Numbered from the stretch's first letter, positions 40,794-51,984 are shown. The stretch is 64,000 nucleotides of DNA from Prochlorococcus sp. AG-418-G23 (GCA_003214195.1 QCLY01000002.1:1996-65995); one strand, 5' to 3'. The notes: generated by a model not told the origin, from the letters alone. Made by a program: numbers and translations.

Positions 40794-41507
40794 TTATAAT
40801 TCTCTATTCGATGCTTCAAAAACCTTTAAAGCTTCAATTGACCCCTCATATCTCCAATGCCAAGGTTCGTAATTTATATATTTATTATTTTTGTTGAAAG
40901 ATAACTTAAAGTGAAACTTAGTTGCATTTTTTGTTAACCACCTAAAAGCATCAGTATTTTCAAATTCGGTCTCAAAGTCTGTTTCTCTTCGAGTAGCATC
41001 TCCAATATCAATTGCGAAACCTGTACTATGTTCAGAATATCCTGGAGGTGCCGAGACTCTTGCTCTTTCTGCCGCGTCTTGATTTCTAATAGATTTTAAA
41101 GAATAAAAAATTTCGTTTTGCAAATTTATTGATCTATAACCACTCAAAAAAACTAAATATATCCCATCCTTTTTCGCTTCATCTCTCATCTTTAGAAGGG
41201 AATCACGCATATCAACATGAACTTCAATATTGGGCTCAATTAAAACTAGTTTATCTTTAGAAATTTCTTCATAGGGCAGATGACCTAAAATTCTATTACT
41301 GTCATTCCTCTCGGCCTCAGAGTTAGAATTGCTGAGAGGTTTTAGTTCTACATTTCTAATCATTCTCAATGCAACTAAAGAAAAAAAAAGTAAAAGGAAT
41401 GTGAAAAGTATTAATAATTTTTTTAAAAATATTGAACTAGGAGTTTCTAAGGAAGTTCTTTTCGCAAGTGGTATATCAAATTGATCTAAATCTTTATTTT
41501 GTTCCAA
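40794..41507 (-). CDS. M15B D,D-carboxypeptidase (VanY-like), membrane anchored
   Basis: SGYRS...Q, SAPPGYSEHSTGFAIDI, YEPWHWRY. Confidence 0.9.
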   Translation of the reverse strand: MEQNKDLDQFDIPLAKRTSLETPSSIFLKKLLILFTFLLLFFSLVALRMIRNVELKPLSNSNSEAERNDSNRILGHLPYEEISKDKLVLIEPNIEVHVDMRDSLLKMRDEAKKDGIYLVFLSGYRSINLQNEIFYSLKSIRNQDAAERARVSAPPGYSEHSTGFAIDIGDATRRETDFETEFENTDAFRWLTKNATKFHFKLSFNKNNKYINYEPWHWRYEGSIEALKVFEASNREL

Positions 41508-41620
41508 TATTTAAGATAGGTTTTGGAAAACATATTTCGATATTAACTATTATTTTAAGAAATGCACTTTTATATGCAAAAAAGATGTAGCTTTTATATA
41601 CAGTATTATTTTTTTTTCAT

Positions 41621-42961
41621 ATGTTGAGGGTAGCTGTTATTGGAGGAGGCCCAAGTGGTTCATGTGCTGCGGAAATACTCGCTAAATCTGGAATAAAAAC
41701 TTGGCTATTCGAGAGAAAATTAGACAATGCAAAACCCTGTGGAGGAGCAATTCCTCTTTGCATGGTTGAGGAGTTTGATTTGCCTGAGTCAATTATTGAT
41801 AGAAAAGTAAGGCATATGAGAATGATCTCTCCATCTAATAGAGAAGTAGATATTAGTTTAGATAGAGTTTATGGGAAAAGCAATAATGAGTTTATTGGTA
41901 TGTGTAGAAGAGAAATCATGGATGCCTTTATGCGCAACAGAGCATCAGATCTTGGAGCAACATTAGTTAATGGATTAGTTACTTCAATTGAAACTGGTGA
42001 TAATAATCAAGGACCATACAAACTCACCTATTCAGACTTTGCGAATGGAGATAAGAAAGGAGAACTTAAGGAGCTTACTGTTGATGTTTTAATAGGTGCT
42101 GATGGTGCAAATAGTAGAGTGGCAAAAGCAATGGATGCTGGAGATTATAAAGTTGCTATTGCATTTCAAGAAAGAATTAAATTACCTAAAGAAGAGATGA
42201 GTTACTACGAAGATCTTGCCGAAATGTATGTCGGCACAGATGTTTCTCCTGATTTTTATGGGTGGGTATTTCCTAAATATGATCATGTAGCGGTGGGAAC
42301 TGGCACAATGCAAAAAAATCAGTCATTAATTAAGGGTCTTCAAGAGGGGGTAAGAAATAGAGCAAAGAAAAGACTCGTCAACGGTGAAGTAATTAAGGTA
42401 GAAGCACATCCTATCCCTGAACATCCTAGGCCAAGAAGGGTCGTTGGTAGAATGGCATTGGTAGGTGACGCAGCAGGTTATGTAACAAAAAGTTCGGGAG
42501 AAGGTATATACTTTGCTGCAAAAAGCGGAAGAATGTGTGCCGAAGAAATTGTTGAAGCATCCAAAAATGGTCAATTAATTCCATCAGAAAAAGACTTAAA
42601 AAACTATCTTAAAAAATGGGATAAAAAATATGGCACAACATATAAAGTACTAGAAATACTACAAAATATTTTTTATAGGAATGATTCAGCAAGAGAAGCT
42701 TTTGTTGAGATGTGTGATGACATGGATGTACAAAGACTTACTTTTGATAGTTACTTATACAAAAGAGTCGTTTCGATGAAACCATTACAACAACTTAAAA
42801 TCACAATGCTTACCCTTGGTTCGATCTTAAGAGGAAAAGCCTTGGCTCCTTTAAAATACAAACCCGTTGATAGTGCAGTTAGAGAAAACAAAGAAGTTGA
42901 AAAAATGCTTGAAAATTATTCAATAAAGGGAGGCATTAAAGTTAAGAGTTCAAAACTGTAA
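41621..42961 (+). CDS. chlP: Geranylgeranyl reductase
   Basis: GGGPSG, KPCGGAIPLC, GADGANS, YGWVFPK, GDAAGYV..SGEGIY. Confidence 0.97.
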   Translation: MLRVAVIGGGPSGSCAAEILAKSGIKTWLFERKLDNAKPCGGAIPLCMVEEFDLPESIIDRKVRHMRMISPSNREVDISLDRVYGKSNNEFIGMCRREIMDAFMRNRASDLGATLVNGLVTSIETGDNNQGPYKLTYSDFANGDKKGELKELTVDVLIGADGANSRVAKAMDAGDYKVAIAFQERIKLPKEEMSYYEDLAEMYVGTDVSPDFYGWVFPKYDHVAVGTGTMQKNQSLIKGLQEGVRNRAKKRLVNGEVIKVEAHPIPEHPRPRRVVGRMALVGDAAGYVTKSSGEGIYFAAKSGRMCAEEIVEASKNGQLIPSEKDLKNYLKKWDKKYGTTYKVLEILQNIFYRNDSAREAFVEMCDDMDVQRLTFDSYLYKRVVSMKPLQQLKITMLTLGSILRGKALAPLKYKPVDSAVRENKEVEKMLENYSIKGGIKVKSSKL

Positions 42962-45104
42962 AGTCAGCAATTTTAAGAGAATAATTTCTTATTAAGGCCA
43001 ACAAGTTGAGTCTATTATTTTTTATTTTTAAATCTTCTGTCATTATTAGAACACCTTTTTTATTATCAAATAAATTCTCAATAGTAATTATATTTAGCTC
43101 GAACAAATTAAGAAGTTTCAAATAATTGCAATCATCTGTACAGGAAGTTTTTTCTAATTCTCTAATAAATTCAAATACCTCAATTTCACAATTTTTTTCA
43201 AAAAGATTTGAGTCAAGACAATTCTCTGTTGAGAGAACGTTTGTTGAAAGATTACTGTTATTAGCAAGTTTGTTTACCCTAGTAATTACCTTCTGGATGT
43301 CATCAAAAATTGCCTTTTCTTTGAATTCAACAATAGATTTAATCCTTTTTTTAAGATCAACAATATTCAATATTCTTTTTTGGGATAATTCGTCAGAAGA
43401 GCAAACAGCCTTGATCAATCCTTTACCTAATGAAATTTCTTCGAGATAATTAACAATTCTTTGAACTAAAAATTCATTTAAATCATTCACTACCTTCTCT
43501 TTTGAGAAATTCAAATTAGGAAATGTAATTTTCCACAAATCAATAAGTTCGTTGAATAAATTATCTAATGGCAAATCTAGTTCATAGTCCCAAATTATTT
43601 TAATCACTCCATTCAAATTTCTTCTTAAAGCATATGGATCTGATGATCCACTTGGACGCTTACCACAAATAAATAAACTTATTAATGTTTCAACCTTATC
43701 TGCAATAGATACTATTGCACCATATCTTGTAGAGGGCAAATCATCTTGATAAAAAGCAGGTAAATAATGTTCGGCTACAGCCAAACAAATATCCTCGCTA
43801 AATCCTTCATTTTTGAGATATTTACCGCCCATTATTCCTTGTAACTCTGGAAACTCATAGACAATTTCGCTACATAAGTCGTTTTTACAGTATCTAGCTG
43901 CTTCTATTATTTTTTTATCTTCTAAAGAATTATCATTTAAAAATATGAGAATCTTTTTAGTAACCTCAACTATTCTCTCTACTCTTTCAAAAATATTCCC
44001 TAATCCCTTTATATAAGAAACAGATTTAAGTTTTTTATTTCTTTCAATTGAAGCAATTTTTTTATCACATTCTACAAAAAACTTTGCATCTGAAAACCTT
44101 GCTCTCAAGACTTTCTCATTACCCTTGGCAATATTTTTATTTGATTCTTCAAGACCATTTGAAATAACAAAAAAGTTTGTACTAATATTTTTTTCAGAAC
44201 TTAAATTTAACTTAGAAAAACTTTTATTGTTCAATAAAAGAGGAACATATCTCTGATGACTTTTCATAACAGTTGAGAGAACTTCAAGAGGAAGATCAAG
44301 AAATTCTTCACTAAATTTTCCAACAATTAAGTCTGGCCATTCAACTAAATCAATTAATTCATTAAGCAATCCCTCAGAGAGGTCAGGCTTGAGATTTAGT
44401 GAATTAGATGCCTTATTTATAAGACCTTCAATTTTTTCTTTTCTTTCATGACGCTTAACTAAAACTCTATTTTGTTTCAATAATTCAAAAAAATTATCAG
44501 GATGCTTAACTTCGATAACTTCATTTATTAACCTATGACTTTTTGATTTATTACTTATTTTAATTTTTGGATCACATTCATCAAATTCGAAATCAAGAAT
44601 TTCTTCATTATAAAGAGAAGCAATCCACCTAATAGGTCTTGAAAATTTTATGTTACCGTTCCCCCATTTCATAAATCGAGGGCCTTGAAGACTCTTTACT
44701 ACTTTAGGAATAATTGAAGACAAAGAAATTCTTGTTGATTTTCCTTTCTCAATTTTCTGTCCAAAAACAAAATCACCCTTTTCTGTAGTTTTTACTTTTA
44801 GCTGACCTACATCTATACCTAAACCATTTGCGAACCCCATAGCAGCATTAGTAGGAGATCCATTTAAAAAAGCGGCACTTGCTTTAGGTCCTTTTCTTAA
44901 TATAGTCTTATCTTCTGCAAAATCGACCAAACCTTCTAGAAGAAGAACTAACCTTCTCGGCGTAGAGGTTACAACTATATTGTTGTATTTAATTAACTTT
45001 TTATCCAATTCAAATTCTATTAGAGATTTAAATTGATCTAGAACAGAATGAGAAAATTTTGCTGGCAATTCTTCGGTTCCGATCTCAAGTAAATATTTAG
45101 ACAA
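42942..45104 (-). CDS. glyS: Glycyl-tRNA synthetase beta subunit
   Basis: LLEIGTEELP, TPRRL, FSRPIRW, EFPELQGIMG, SGSSDPYALRR. Confidence 0.96.
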   Translation of the reverse strand: MSKYLLEIGTEELPAKFSHSVLDQFKSLIEFELDKKLIKYNNIVVTSTPRRLVLLLEGLVDFAEDKTILRKGPKASAAFLNGSPTNAAMGFANGLGIDVGQLKVKTTEKGDFVFGQKIEKGKSTRISLSSIIPKVVKSLQGPRFMKWGNGNIKFSRPIRWIASLYNEEILDFEFDECDPKIKISNKSKSHRLINEVIEVKHPDNFFELLKQNRVLVKRHERKEKIEGLINKASNSLNLKPDLSEGLLNELIDLVEWPDLIVGKFSEEFLDLPLEVLSTVMKSHQRYVPLLLNNKSFSKLNLSSEKNISTNFFVISNGLEESNKNIAKGNEKVLRARFSDAKFFVECDKKIASIERNKKLKSVSYIKGLGNIFERVERIVEVTKKILIFLNDNSLEDKKIIEAARYCKNDLCSEIVYEFPELQGIMGGKYLKNEGFSEDICLAVAEHYLPAFYQDDLPSTRYGAIVSIADKVETLISLFICGKRPSGSSDPYALRRNLNGVIKIIWDYELDLPLDNLFNELIDLWKITFPNLNFSKEKVVNDLNEFLVQRIVNYLEEISLGKGLIKAVCSSDELSQKRILNIVDLKKRIKSIVEFKEKAIFDDIQKVITRVNKLANNSNLSTNVLSTENCLDSNLFEKNCEIEVFEFIRELEKTSCTDDCNYLKLLNLFELNIITIENLFDNKKGVLIMTEDLKIKNNRLNLLALIRNYSLKIADFTVLNS

Positions 45105-45191
45105 GAAAAAAATATGACTTCTATTACTATAATTTACTACCAGTTAAATAAGCTTTTCGCTAATGTATAAAAAGAGATATGTTTTGGTCCG

Positions 45192-46979
45192 TTGATCAAA
45201 GTTGAGAAAGTAAAAAAGAAAACAAATTCTGCCAAAGATGAAACAGTTTGTTTGGCTAATGGATTAGAAGTATCTAAATTCGAGAATTTCAAGAAAAGTA
45301 GCCAATTTCTTAAGGAACCCCTATCAACAGAATTAGTTAATGATAGCGATCACTTTACTAATGATGCAGTCCAATTATTGAAATTTCATGGTAGTTATCA
45401 ACAAGATAATAGGGAAAAAAGAAAGCCTGGCAAGAGTAAAGATTGGCAAATGATGCTTAGGCTAAGAAGTCCAGGAGGGGAAATTCCTGGGAAATTATTT
45501 TTAGCATTAGATGAATTATCTAACAAACTAGGTAATGGATCACTTCGAGCTACCACAAGACAAGCTTTTCAAATGCATGGAATTAGAAAGGAGAATTTGA
45601 AAGAAGTTATTCAGACTATTGTAAATTCAATGGGCTCGACATTAGCTGCATGTGGAGACATTAATAGAAACGTAATGGCACCAGCGGCACCATTTGACTC
45701 GGCGGAATACAGTATCGCAAGAGAGTTAGCCAAAAAAGTTGCCGATCTTCTCACACCATTAGCAGGACAAGGTACTTTTTTAGAGCTCTGGGCTGATGGG
45801 GATCTTGAATACACCATAAAGCCCGACAAGGATATTGAAGCTATTAGAAAACTTCAATTTAAAGACAATATTTTTAGTGGAATAAAAGATGAGCCTCTTT
45901 ATGGTTCAACTTATTTACCCAGAAAATTTAAATGTGCTGTTACAGTTCCTGGTGATAATTCTGTTGATCTTCTTACCAACGACATTGGGATAGTTGCCTT
46001 TACTTCAGAAAAGGGGGTCTTAGAGGGGTGCAACTTCTATGTTGGCGGCGGGATGGGACGAACACACAATAATGAAGAAACATTCGCTAGGATTGCTGAT
46101 CCTCTTGGATATGTTGAAGAACAAGATATTTATGAATTAATACAAAGTATTGTTGCTATTCAAAGAGATTATGGTGATAGAAAATCAAGGAAAAATTCAA
46201 GAATGAAATATCTACTTCATAGAAAAGGTATTAAATGGTTCAAAAAGTTACTTCTAGAAAAGTATTTCAAAAAAGAAATTAAAAAAATCAGAAAAGAACC
46301 GAATCAAGTTCTTATTGATTATCTAGGTTGGCATAAACAAAATAAGAATTCTTATTTCGTAGGTTTACCTTTATTATCAGGGAGACTATACGGAGAGAAA
46401 AAGGATACCATTACTACCATCGTGAAAAAATATAATCTTGATTTGAGGCTTACCCCTAACCAAGATATCCTACTTTGCAATATCGCTAATCAAAACAAAA
46501 GTGAAATTAAAAAAGCTCTTTCAAAAATTGGATATGACAATTTAGATGACATAAATGAAATACAAAGACATGCCTTAGCATGCCCAGCATTACCACTTTG
46601 TGGTCTTGCGATGACTGAGGCAGAGAGAATTTTACCTAGTGTACTTAAAAGGATAGAAAAATTATTACTAGAATTAAAGATAGAAAAGACAATATTATTT
46701 AGGATGACAGGCTGTCCTAATGGATGTACTAGGCCTTACATGGCAGAATTAGCACTTGTAGGGAGTGGGCAAAACAAATATCAATTATGGTTAGGGGGAA
46801 GTAAAAACCTACAGAGGTTAGCAAAACCCTTCTTACAAAGAATGGAATTAAATGATTTAGAAAAAACTCTTCAACCATTATTTGACTTTTGGAAAAGCAG
46901 TTCAGATATAGATTTCGGAGATTTTATAAATAATCAAGATGAAAGTTCTATTTTGAAATTACTAAATGAAATTCAATAG
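45192..46979 (+). CDS. sir: Ferredoxin-sulfite reductase
   Basis: LKFHGSYQQDNR, TTRQ, ACGDINRNV, LPRKFK, ACPALPLCGLA, MTGCPNGC. Confidence 0.95.
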   Translation: MIKVEKVKKKTNSAKDETVCLANGLEVSKFENFKKSSQFLKEPLSTELVNDSDHFTNDAVQLLKFHGSYQQDNREKRKPGKSKDWQMMLRLRSPGGEIPGKLFLALDELSNKLGNGSLRATTRQAFQMHGIRKENLKEVIQTIVNSMGSTLAACGDINRNVMAPAAPFDSAEYSIARELAKKVADLLTPLAGQGTFLELWADGDLEYTIKPDKDIEAIRKLQFKDNIFSGIKDEPLYGSTYLPRKFKCAVTVPGDNSVDLLTNDIGIVAFTSEKGVLEGCNFYVGGGMGRTHNNEETFARIADPLGYVEEQDIYELIQSIVAIQRDYGDRKSRKNSRMKYLLHRKGIKWFKKLLLEKYFKKEIKKIRKEPNQVLIDYLGWHKQNKNSYFVGLPLLSGRLYGEKKDTITTIVKKYNLDLRLTPNQDILLCNIANQNKSEIKKALSKIGYDNLDDINEIQRHALACPALPLCGLAMTEAERILPSVLKRIEKLLLELKIEKTILFRMTGCPNGCTRPYMAELALVGSGQNKYQLWLGGSKNLQRLAKPFLQRMELNDLEKTLQPLFDFWKSSSDIDFGDFINNQDESSILKLLNEIQ

Positions 46980-46982
46980 AAT

Positions 46983-47666
46983 TTAAATTCTTCCATAAAG
47001 GGCATATTTTTTTTTATTTTTCCAAGCCCATAATTGATCTCCATAACTAAAATGCCACCATTCATTAGGATGTTGAGCAAATCCAAATTTATTCATAACT
47101 TTCTTTAATAAATTTCTTCTGGTATTCCAAATAATTGCATCTTCATTCTTTATATTTTCATAAAAATCAGGATTTGAAGTCTCATCCATTTGATCAACTT
47201 TGCTTCCCATTTCAACAAGTGTTCCATCTTTATCAGATAAACAAACATCCAATGCTCCACCAGTTGAATGAGGCGGAGGACAAACAGAGTCAAAAGAAGG
47301 ATATGCCCAGAATTTTTCTACTTCTTTTAAAATAGATGGGTAAAATTTCATATTTTTTAAAGAAGCATTGATATCTAATTTTTCACACTCTAAAAAGAAT
47401 GCCCTATTAAACAAAAATTCTTGGACTTCTAAAGGTCGCCAACTATCATAAATTAAAAGGTTAAAACTGTTCTTTGCAATCAAATAATCATTTACTTTTA
47501 CTAATCTATTTATGACCTCCTCTCTTAATTTCCAAATAGAAGTTTTATCTTTGTAAGGTGCTCCAAGATGAGAGTAAGGGTGTGGATCTAATAAATTAAA
47601 GTTGCTAGGTATAGCTATTAATTTATCTCCATTTTCTTTAATTGGTATTTTATTCCAAATTTTCAA
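46983..47666 (-). CDS. M15D D-Ala-D-Ala dipeptidase (VanX/DdpX-like)
   Basis: YDSWRP..VQ, PPHSTGGALDV, EWWHFSYG. Confidence 0.88.
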   Translation of the reverse strand: MKIWNKIPIKENGDKLIAIPSNFNLLDPHPYSHLGAPYKDKTSIWKLREEVINRLVKVNDYLIAKNSFNLLIYDSWRPLEVQEFLFNRAFFLECEKLDINASLKNMKFYPSILKEVEKFWAYPSFDSVCPPPHSTGGALDVCLSDKDGTLVEMGSKVDQMDETSNPDFYENIKNEDAIIWNTRRNLLKKVMNKFGFAQHPNEWWHFSYGDQLWAWKNKKKYALYGRI

Positions 47667-47723
47667 TTGAAATTTGCAATTGATTTATACTTGCATATAT
47701 TTAGAAGATTACAATGATTATTA

Positions 47724-50180
47724 TCAATTTAAGAAATCATGAATAAATTTATTTTCAGAATTATCAATTAATATATTTCTTAAAACAATATTTTCTCTTA
47801 AATCAGGATCATTATTAATAACCTTAATAGCCTCTTCACGAGCTTTTTCAATTAGAAATTTATTGTTAGGCAAATTGTCTAGGACAAAATCAGGCAATCC
47901 AGATTGTCTATATCCTAAAATCTGACCAGGGCCTCTTAGTTCTAAATCTTTTTCAGCAATAAAGAAGCCATCATTAGATTTTTGCAAAACACATAGTCTC
48001 TTATTTTCTAATCCATTTTTATCTGAACTTACTAGATAACAAAAAGATTTAGTTGATCCTCTACCAACTCTACCCCTTAATTGATGAAGCTGAGATAATC
48101 CAAATCTTTCCGAATTATAAATAATCATTATTGTGGCATTAGGTACATCGATCCCAACCTCAATTACAGTAGTAGAAACTAAAATATTAATTTCATTTTT
48201 TAAAAAAGAAGTAATAACTTCATTCTTATCTTGCGAATTTAATTTCCCATGTAATAGTCCAACTTTTTTATTAACAAAAATCTCTTCTGATAAATATTTA
48301 AATATTTTCTTTGCAGAACTTAAATTCATTTTTTCTGAATCTTCTATAAGTGGCAAAATCACATAAGCTTGTCTTCCCTTTGTGATCTCATCATCAACAT
48401 TCTTGAACAAACAAGGTAAATCATCTTGTGTAATTATTTTTGTAGTTATGGGAACCCTCCCAGGAGGAAGTTCTGTAATTTGACTAACATCTAAATCACC
48501 GTAAATGGAAAGCGCAAGAGTTCTCGGAATTGGTGTTGCTGTCATTGATAACAAGTTAGTATTTTCTCCTTTATTAAGTAATCTATTTCTTTGAGTAACT
48601 CCAAACCTATGTTGTTCATCAATTACTACCATCCCTAATGAATTAAAGATAACTTTATCTTCAAATAATGCATGAGTACCTACTAGGATATCAACTAATC
48701 CGTTTTTCAAATTTGAGAGAATTTCCTTTCTCTTTTTTTGAGGAGTATTCCCAGTAAGAAGTTCAACAGAAACTAAAAGTGGATTAAGATATTTTAATAA
48801 ATTTTTGTAATGTTGTTCTGCTAATACTTCAGTTGGAACCATAAAAGCACCTTGCAGTTTTTTTTCAATGACGATTAAAAGAGATGCTATTGCTATTATA
48901 GTTTTACCGCTTCCAACATCTCCCTGAAGCAATCTCGACATTGGTGAAGGATTAGATAAATCTTTTTTAATTTCATTTAAAACATTAAATTGTGATTTTG
49001 TTAATTCAAAAGGGAAGTTGTTTAAAAATTCTTTTAGTAAAGATTTTTTTTGAGGTAATTCTTGGGCAATAACATATTTATTATTCTTTCTTTTTCTGAG
49101 TAGGAACTTTATTTGCAGTAAGAACAACTCATCAAAAACCAAACGTTTTTTTGACTCAATAAGTGCATGTTGAGTTGATGGGAAATGAATATTTATTAAA
49201 GAATCTCTTTTAGATAATAAAGATAATGAATCAAGCTGCTTTTGATTTAAAAAATCGGGGTATTGTTTTGCATAAATTAGTACCTTTTTCATAAGTTTAA
49301 TAAAACTCATATTAGATAACGCTTCAGCTAATGAATACAAGGGTAATATTTTTCCTGAGAAATTAAAATTGTCATCTTTATCTTTAAGAATTTCAATCTG
49401 CGGGTCTACAAAAGTTTTGCCATACTCTGTCAATTTAACCTTACCGGAAATTGCTAATTTAGTTCCAGGTGTATATATTGATTTTTGAGATAAGAAGAAG
49501 GAATAAGATCTAAATCTCCTTCCTAAAAAAAATTTTGTAACCTTTATCGAAGATGTTTCATCAGAGACTAGAAAGTTCATTATTGATAAATTACTATTCT
49601 TGGTACTCTTATGAATATAAAATCTTTTAATACTTGCGATACACGTATATAAATTGTCCGGTTTTAAATTCTTTATTTTAACTCTATTGGTATAGTCTAA
49701 ATATGTTCTTGGGAAATAATTAATTAGATCTTTTATATGAAAAATCCCTAATTCATTAAGCTTATTTTTATAAACTTTTCCTACATGTTTTATAAAAGAT
49801 ATATCTGAATCAAGAGACAAATTTAAATCAGCTTTATTCAAAATGATTTTATTAGAAATATTATTAGGGCTCTTAATTTCTAAAGTTTTGCCGAGTTTAT
49901 AAAGACTTTTTCTTGTATCTATAATTAACCTTTTTCTTTGATTATCATCTAATTTATTATATTCATTATATTTTTTTGAAAATTTATTAAATATCCTCAA
50001 ATATTCGTCTGAGATATTTAGATTATCAGTTCTTGTCAATGATTCTTGCAAATAATCATTAAAATATTTTTCTCTTCCTAAAGTATTAATAAAATTGTTT
50101 TCTGTCTCAATAGTTAAAGACTTTTGAAGTAATCTTATCCAATCTTTAACTAATTTTTTATTATTACCGCTGATAGTCAC
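47724..50180 (-). CDS. recG: ATP-dependent DNA helicase RecG
   Basis: RLLQGDVGSGKT, DEQHRFGV, MTATPIPRT, TTVIEVGIDVPNA, QLHQLRGRVGRG. Confidence 0.97.
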   Translation of the reverse strand: MTISGNNKKLVKDWIRLLQKSLTIETENNFINTLGREKYFNDYLQESLTRTDNLNISDEYLRIFNKFSKKYNEYNKLDDNQRKRLIIDTRKSLYKLGKTLEIKSPNNISNKIILNKADLNLSLDSDISFIKHVGKVYKNKLNELGIFHIKDLINYFPRTYLDYTNRVKIKNLKPDNLYTCIASIKRFYIHKSTKNSNLSIMNFLVSDETSSIKVTKFFLGRRFRSYSFFLSQKSIYTPGTKLAISGKVKLTEYGKTFVDPQIEILKDKDDNFNFSGKILPLYSLAEALSNMSFIKLMKKVLIYAKQYPDFLNQKQLDSLSLLSKRDSLINIHFPSTQHALIESKKRLVFDELFLLQIKFLLRKRKNNKYVIAQELPQKKSLLKEFLNNFPFELTKSQFNVLNEIKKDLSNPSPMSRLLQGDVGSGKTIIAIASLLIVIEKKLQGAFMVPTEVLAEQHYKNLLKYLNPLLVSVELLTGNTPQKKRKEILSNLKNGLVDILVGTHALFEDKVIFNSLGMVVIDEQHRFGVTQRNRLLNKGENTNLLSMTATPIPRTLALSIYGDLDVSQITELPPGRVPITTKIITQDDLPCLFKNVDDEITKGRQAYVILPLIEDSEKMNLSSAKKIFKYLSEEIFVNKKVGLLHGKLNSQDKNEVITSFLKNEINILVSTTVIEVGIDVPNATIMIIYNSERFGLSQLHQLRGRVGRGSTKSFCYLVSSDKNGLENKRLCVLQKSNDGFFIAEKDLELRGPGQILGYRQSGLPDFVLDNLPNNKFLIEKAREEAIKVINNDPDLRENIVLRNILIDNSENKFIHDFLN

Positions 50181-50200
50181 ATCTAAAAAGAGTTATCTTT

Positions 50201-51280
50201 TCAACGTATCCTATTCAAAGTTATTCCTTTTTGCCTCCAGTATTTCTCTTTTTTAATCAAACCCTGAAATTGATATTTTAGCTCATTTATTTTATTCTTC
50301 TGAATACAAAGATTTAAATTCTTATACTCTAACTCAACAGAAGATACATTAAAGAAAAAAATACTTGAAAGATTAATACAGTTTGATGATGACTTATATA
50401 AATTGAAATCGAAATTAATAACGAAAGGCAGTGGGTGTTTTACTATCAATTTTTTGCCAACTAAGTACTCAAAGGAATCTTTAGATATCATCTTATTTAT
50501 TAGATTGGCCTTAAATAATTCTTGGTTAATCTTGTATGAAAAATTTAACAGAAAGTTTTCCAATGACTTATCAATTAAATCAAAAATTTTAAGACTCTTA
50601 TGTTTGGGTTGAATATTATCCCTTTGATTGATATTTTCTTTTTCTGAATATCTTGATTTTTCAAATTCAACTTCCTCTATTAATTCGACTAAGGAGGGAA
50701 TAGATTGGTTTTCAACTCCTATATTTTCAATAATATTCTCTTTAGATAAATAATTATTATGTTCATTATTATCTAGATCAAGTGATGCTAATTTCTCATA
50801 ATTTTGAGCTTGATAATATTCAGAAGTATTAGAAATATCTTTACTAATCCTGAACTGAATATTTTCATCTAATTTAGAATAATCTTCATAATGAAATTTT
50901 TCTTTTTGTTTATCCTTTGTTTTTTGGGCCCCTTCTAAAGTCTTAATTTTAATTTCCTTATTTAAGTTTTTTTCAATTTCATTTATTTTTAATTGTTCTA
51001 TTGTCAATAAAGGTAATTTTGAATAAACCATCTTACTTATTTTTTTTTTAAACAGACAAAAAAGTTCCTTTTCATTTATGAAATTTTTATTAATTGATGA
51101 ATAACTATATATTTCGTTAAGCCCTTTATCTACGGAACTATTAAGTAGATCTCTCATGAGATTAAGGTAAAGTTCATATTCCCTATAGATATTGCGAATT
51201 AATATTCTCTTTTGCTTGTCTGCTCTCTCTAATTGAGAATTAATATTATCTATATCTGAGTAATTATTTAAATTATTCAA
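50201..51280 (-). CDS. Hypothetical Lys/Asn-rich protein
   Basis: Long ORF between tsf and recG; TTG 51280, just after the tsf stop, preferred as start; no motif recognised. Confidence 0.65.
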   Translation of the reverse strand: MNNLNNYSDIDNINSQLERADKQKRILIRNIYREYELYLNLMRDLLNSSVDKGLNEIYSYSSINKNFINEKELFCLFKKKISKMVYSKLPLLTIEQLKINEIEKNLNKEIKIKTLEGAQKTKDKQKEKFHYEDYSKLDENIQFRISKDISNTSEYYQAQNYEKLASLDLDNNEHNNYLSKENIIENIGVENQSIPSLVELIEEVEFEKSRYSEKENINQRDNIQPKHKSLKIFDLIDKSLENFLLNFSYKINQELFKANLINKMISKDSFEYLVGKKLIVKHPLPFVINFDFNLYKSSSNCINLSSIFFFNVSSVELEYKNLNLCIQKNKINELKYQFQGLIKKEKYWRQKGITLNRIR

Positions 51281-51284
51281 GTAA

Positions 51285-51941
51285 CTAGTTTGATTGCATT
51301 GATGCAACCTCTTCAGCAAAGTCCATCTGATTTTTTTCGATACCTTCACCCAATGTATACCTTGTAAAGCGTCTAACTTTGATATTTTCTCCAATTTTCG
51401 CAGCTGCCTGTTTAACAAGATCTTCAACAGTAAGAGAACTATCTTTAATGTAAGGTTGTGAAAGCAAAACCAACTCATTGAGTCTTTTCCCTATTCTCCC
51501 TTCAACTATTTTTTCTTTAATTTGTTCTGGTTTTCCTGATAAATCATCTCTCCCCATTTCAATCTGCTTTTCTTTCTCCACAACATCTTTTGGTATTTCA
51601 TCAATTGAGACATATTCAACATTTGGACAAGCTGCTACTTGCATCGAGACATCTTTCAATAAAGACTGAAATATATCACCTCTAGCAACAAAATCAGTTT
51701 CGCAATTTAACTCTAGTAGAACTCCCACCCTTGATCCGGTATGAATATAACTTCCAATTGATCCTTCAGCGGCAACTCTTCCTGATTTCTTTTCAGCACT
51801 AGCTATACCTTTCTTTCTTAACCATTCCAAAGCTTTTTCAATATTTCCATCTGTTTCATTAAGTGCTTTTTTGCAATCCATCATCCCTGCTCCTGTCTTA
51901 TCTCTAAGATCTTTTACAAGTTTTGCTGTAATGTTTCCCAT
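51285..51941 (-). CDS. tsf: Elongation factor Ts
   Basis: [29 protein letters not shown]. Confidence 0.98.
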   Translation of the reverse strand: MGNITAKLVKDLRDKTGAGMMDCKKALNETDGNIEKALEWLRKKGIASAEKKSGRVAAEGSIGSYIHTGSRVGVLLELNCETDFVARGDIFQSLLKDVSMQVAACPNVEYVSIDEIPKDVVEKEKQIEMGRDDLSGKPEQIKEKIVEGRIGKRLNELVLLSQPYIKDSSLTVEDLVKQAAAKIGENIKVRRFTRYTLGEGIEKNQMDFAEEVASMQSN

Positions 51942-51984
51942 TGAATTAATAAAAAATAGTAAATAGTAAGTTTTAAATTTGAAT

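Noticed and set aside
41586-41602. TGTA...TACA upstream of chlP as an NtcA site
   Set aside because: The spacer is 9 nt, not 8.
40794-47666. Vancomycin-resistance locus
   Set aside because: No vanA/vanH/vanR/vanS. The peptidases are separate genes in a housekeeping context.
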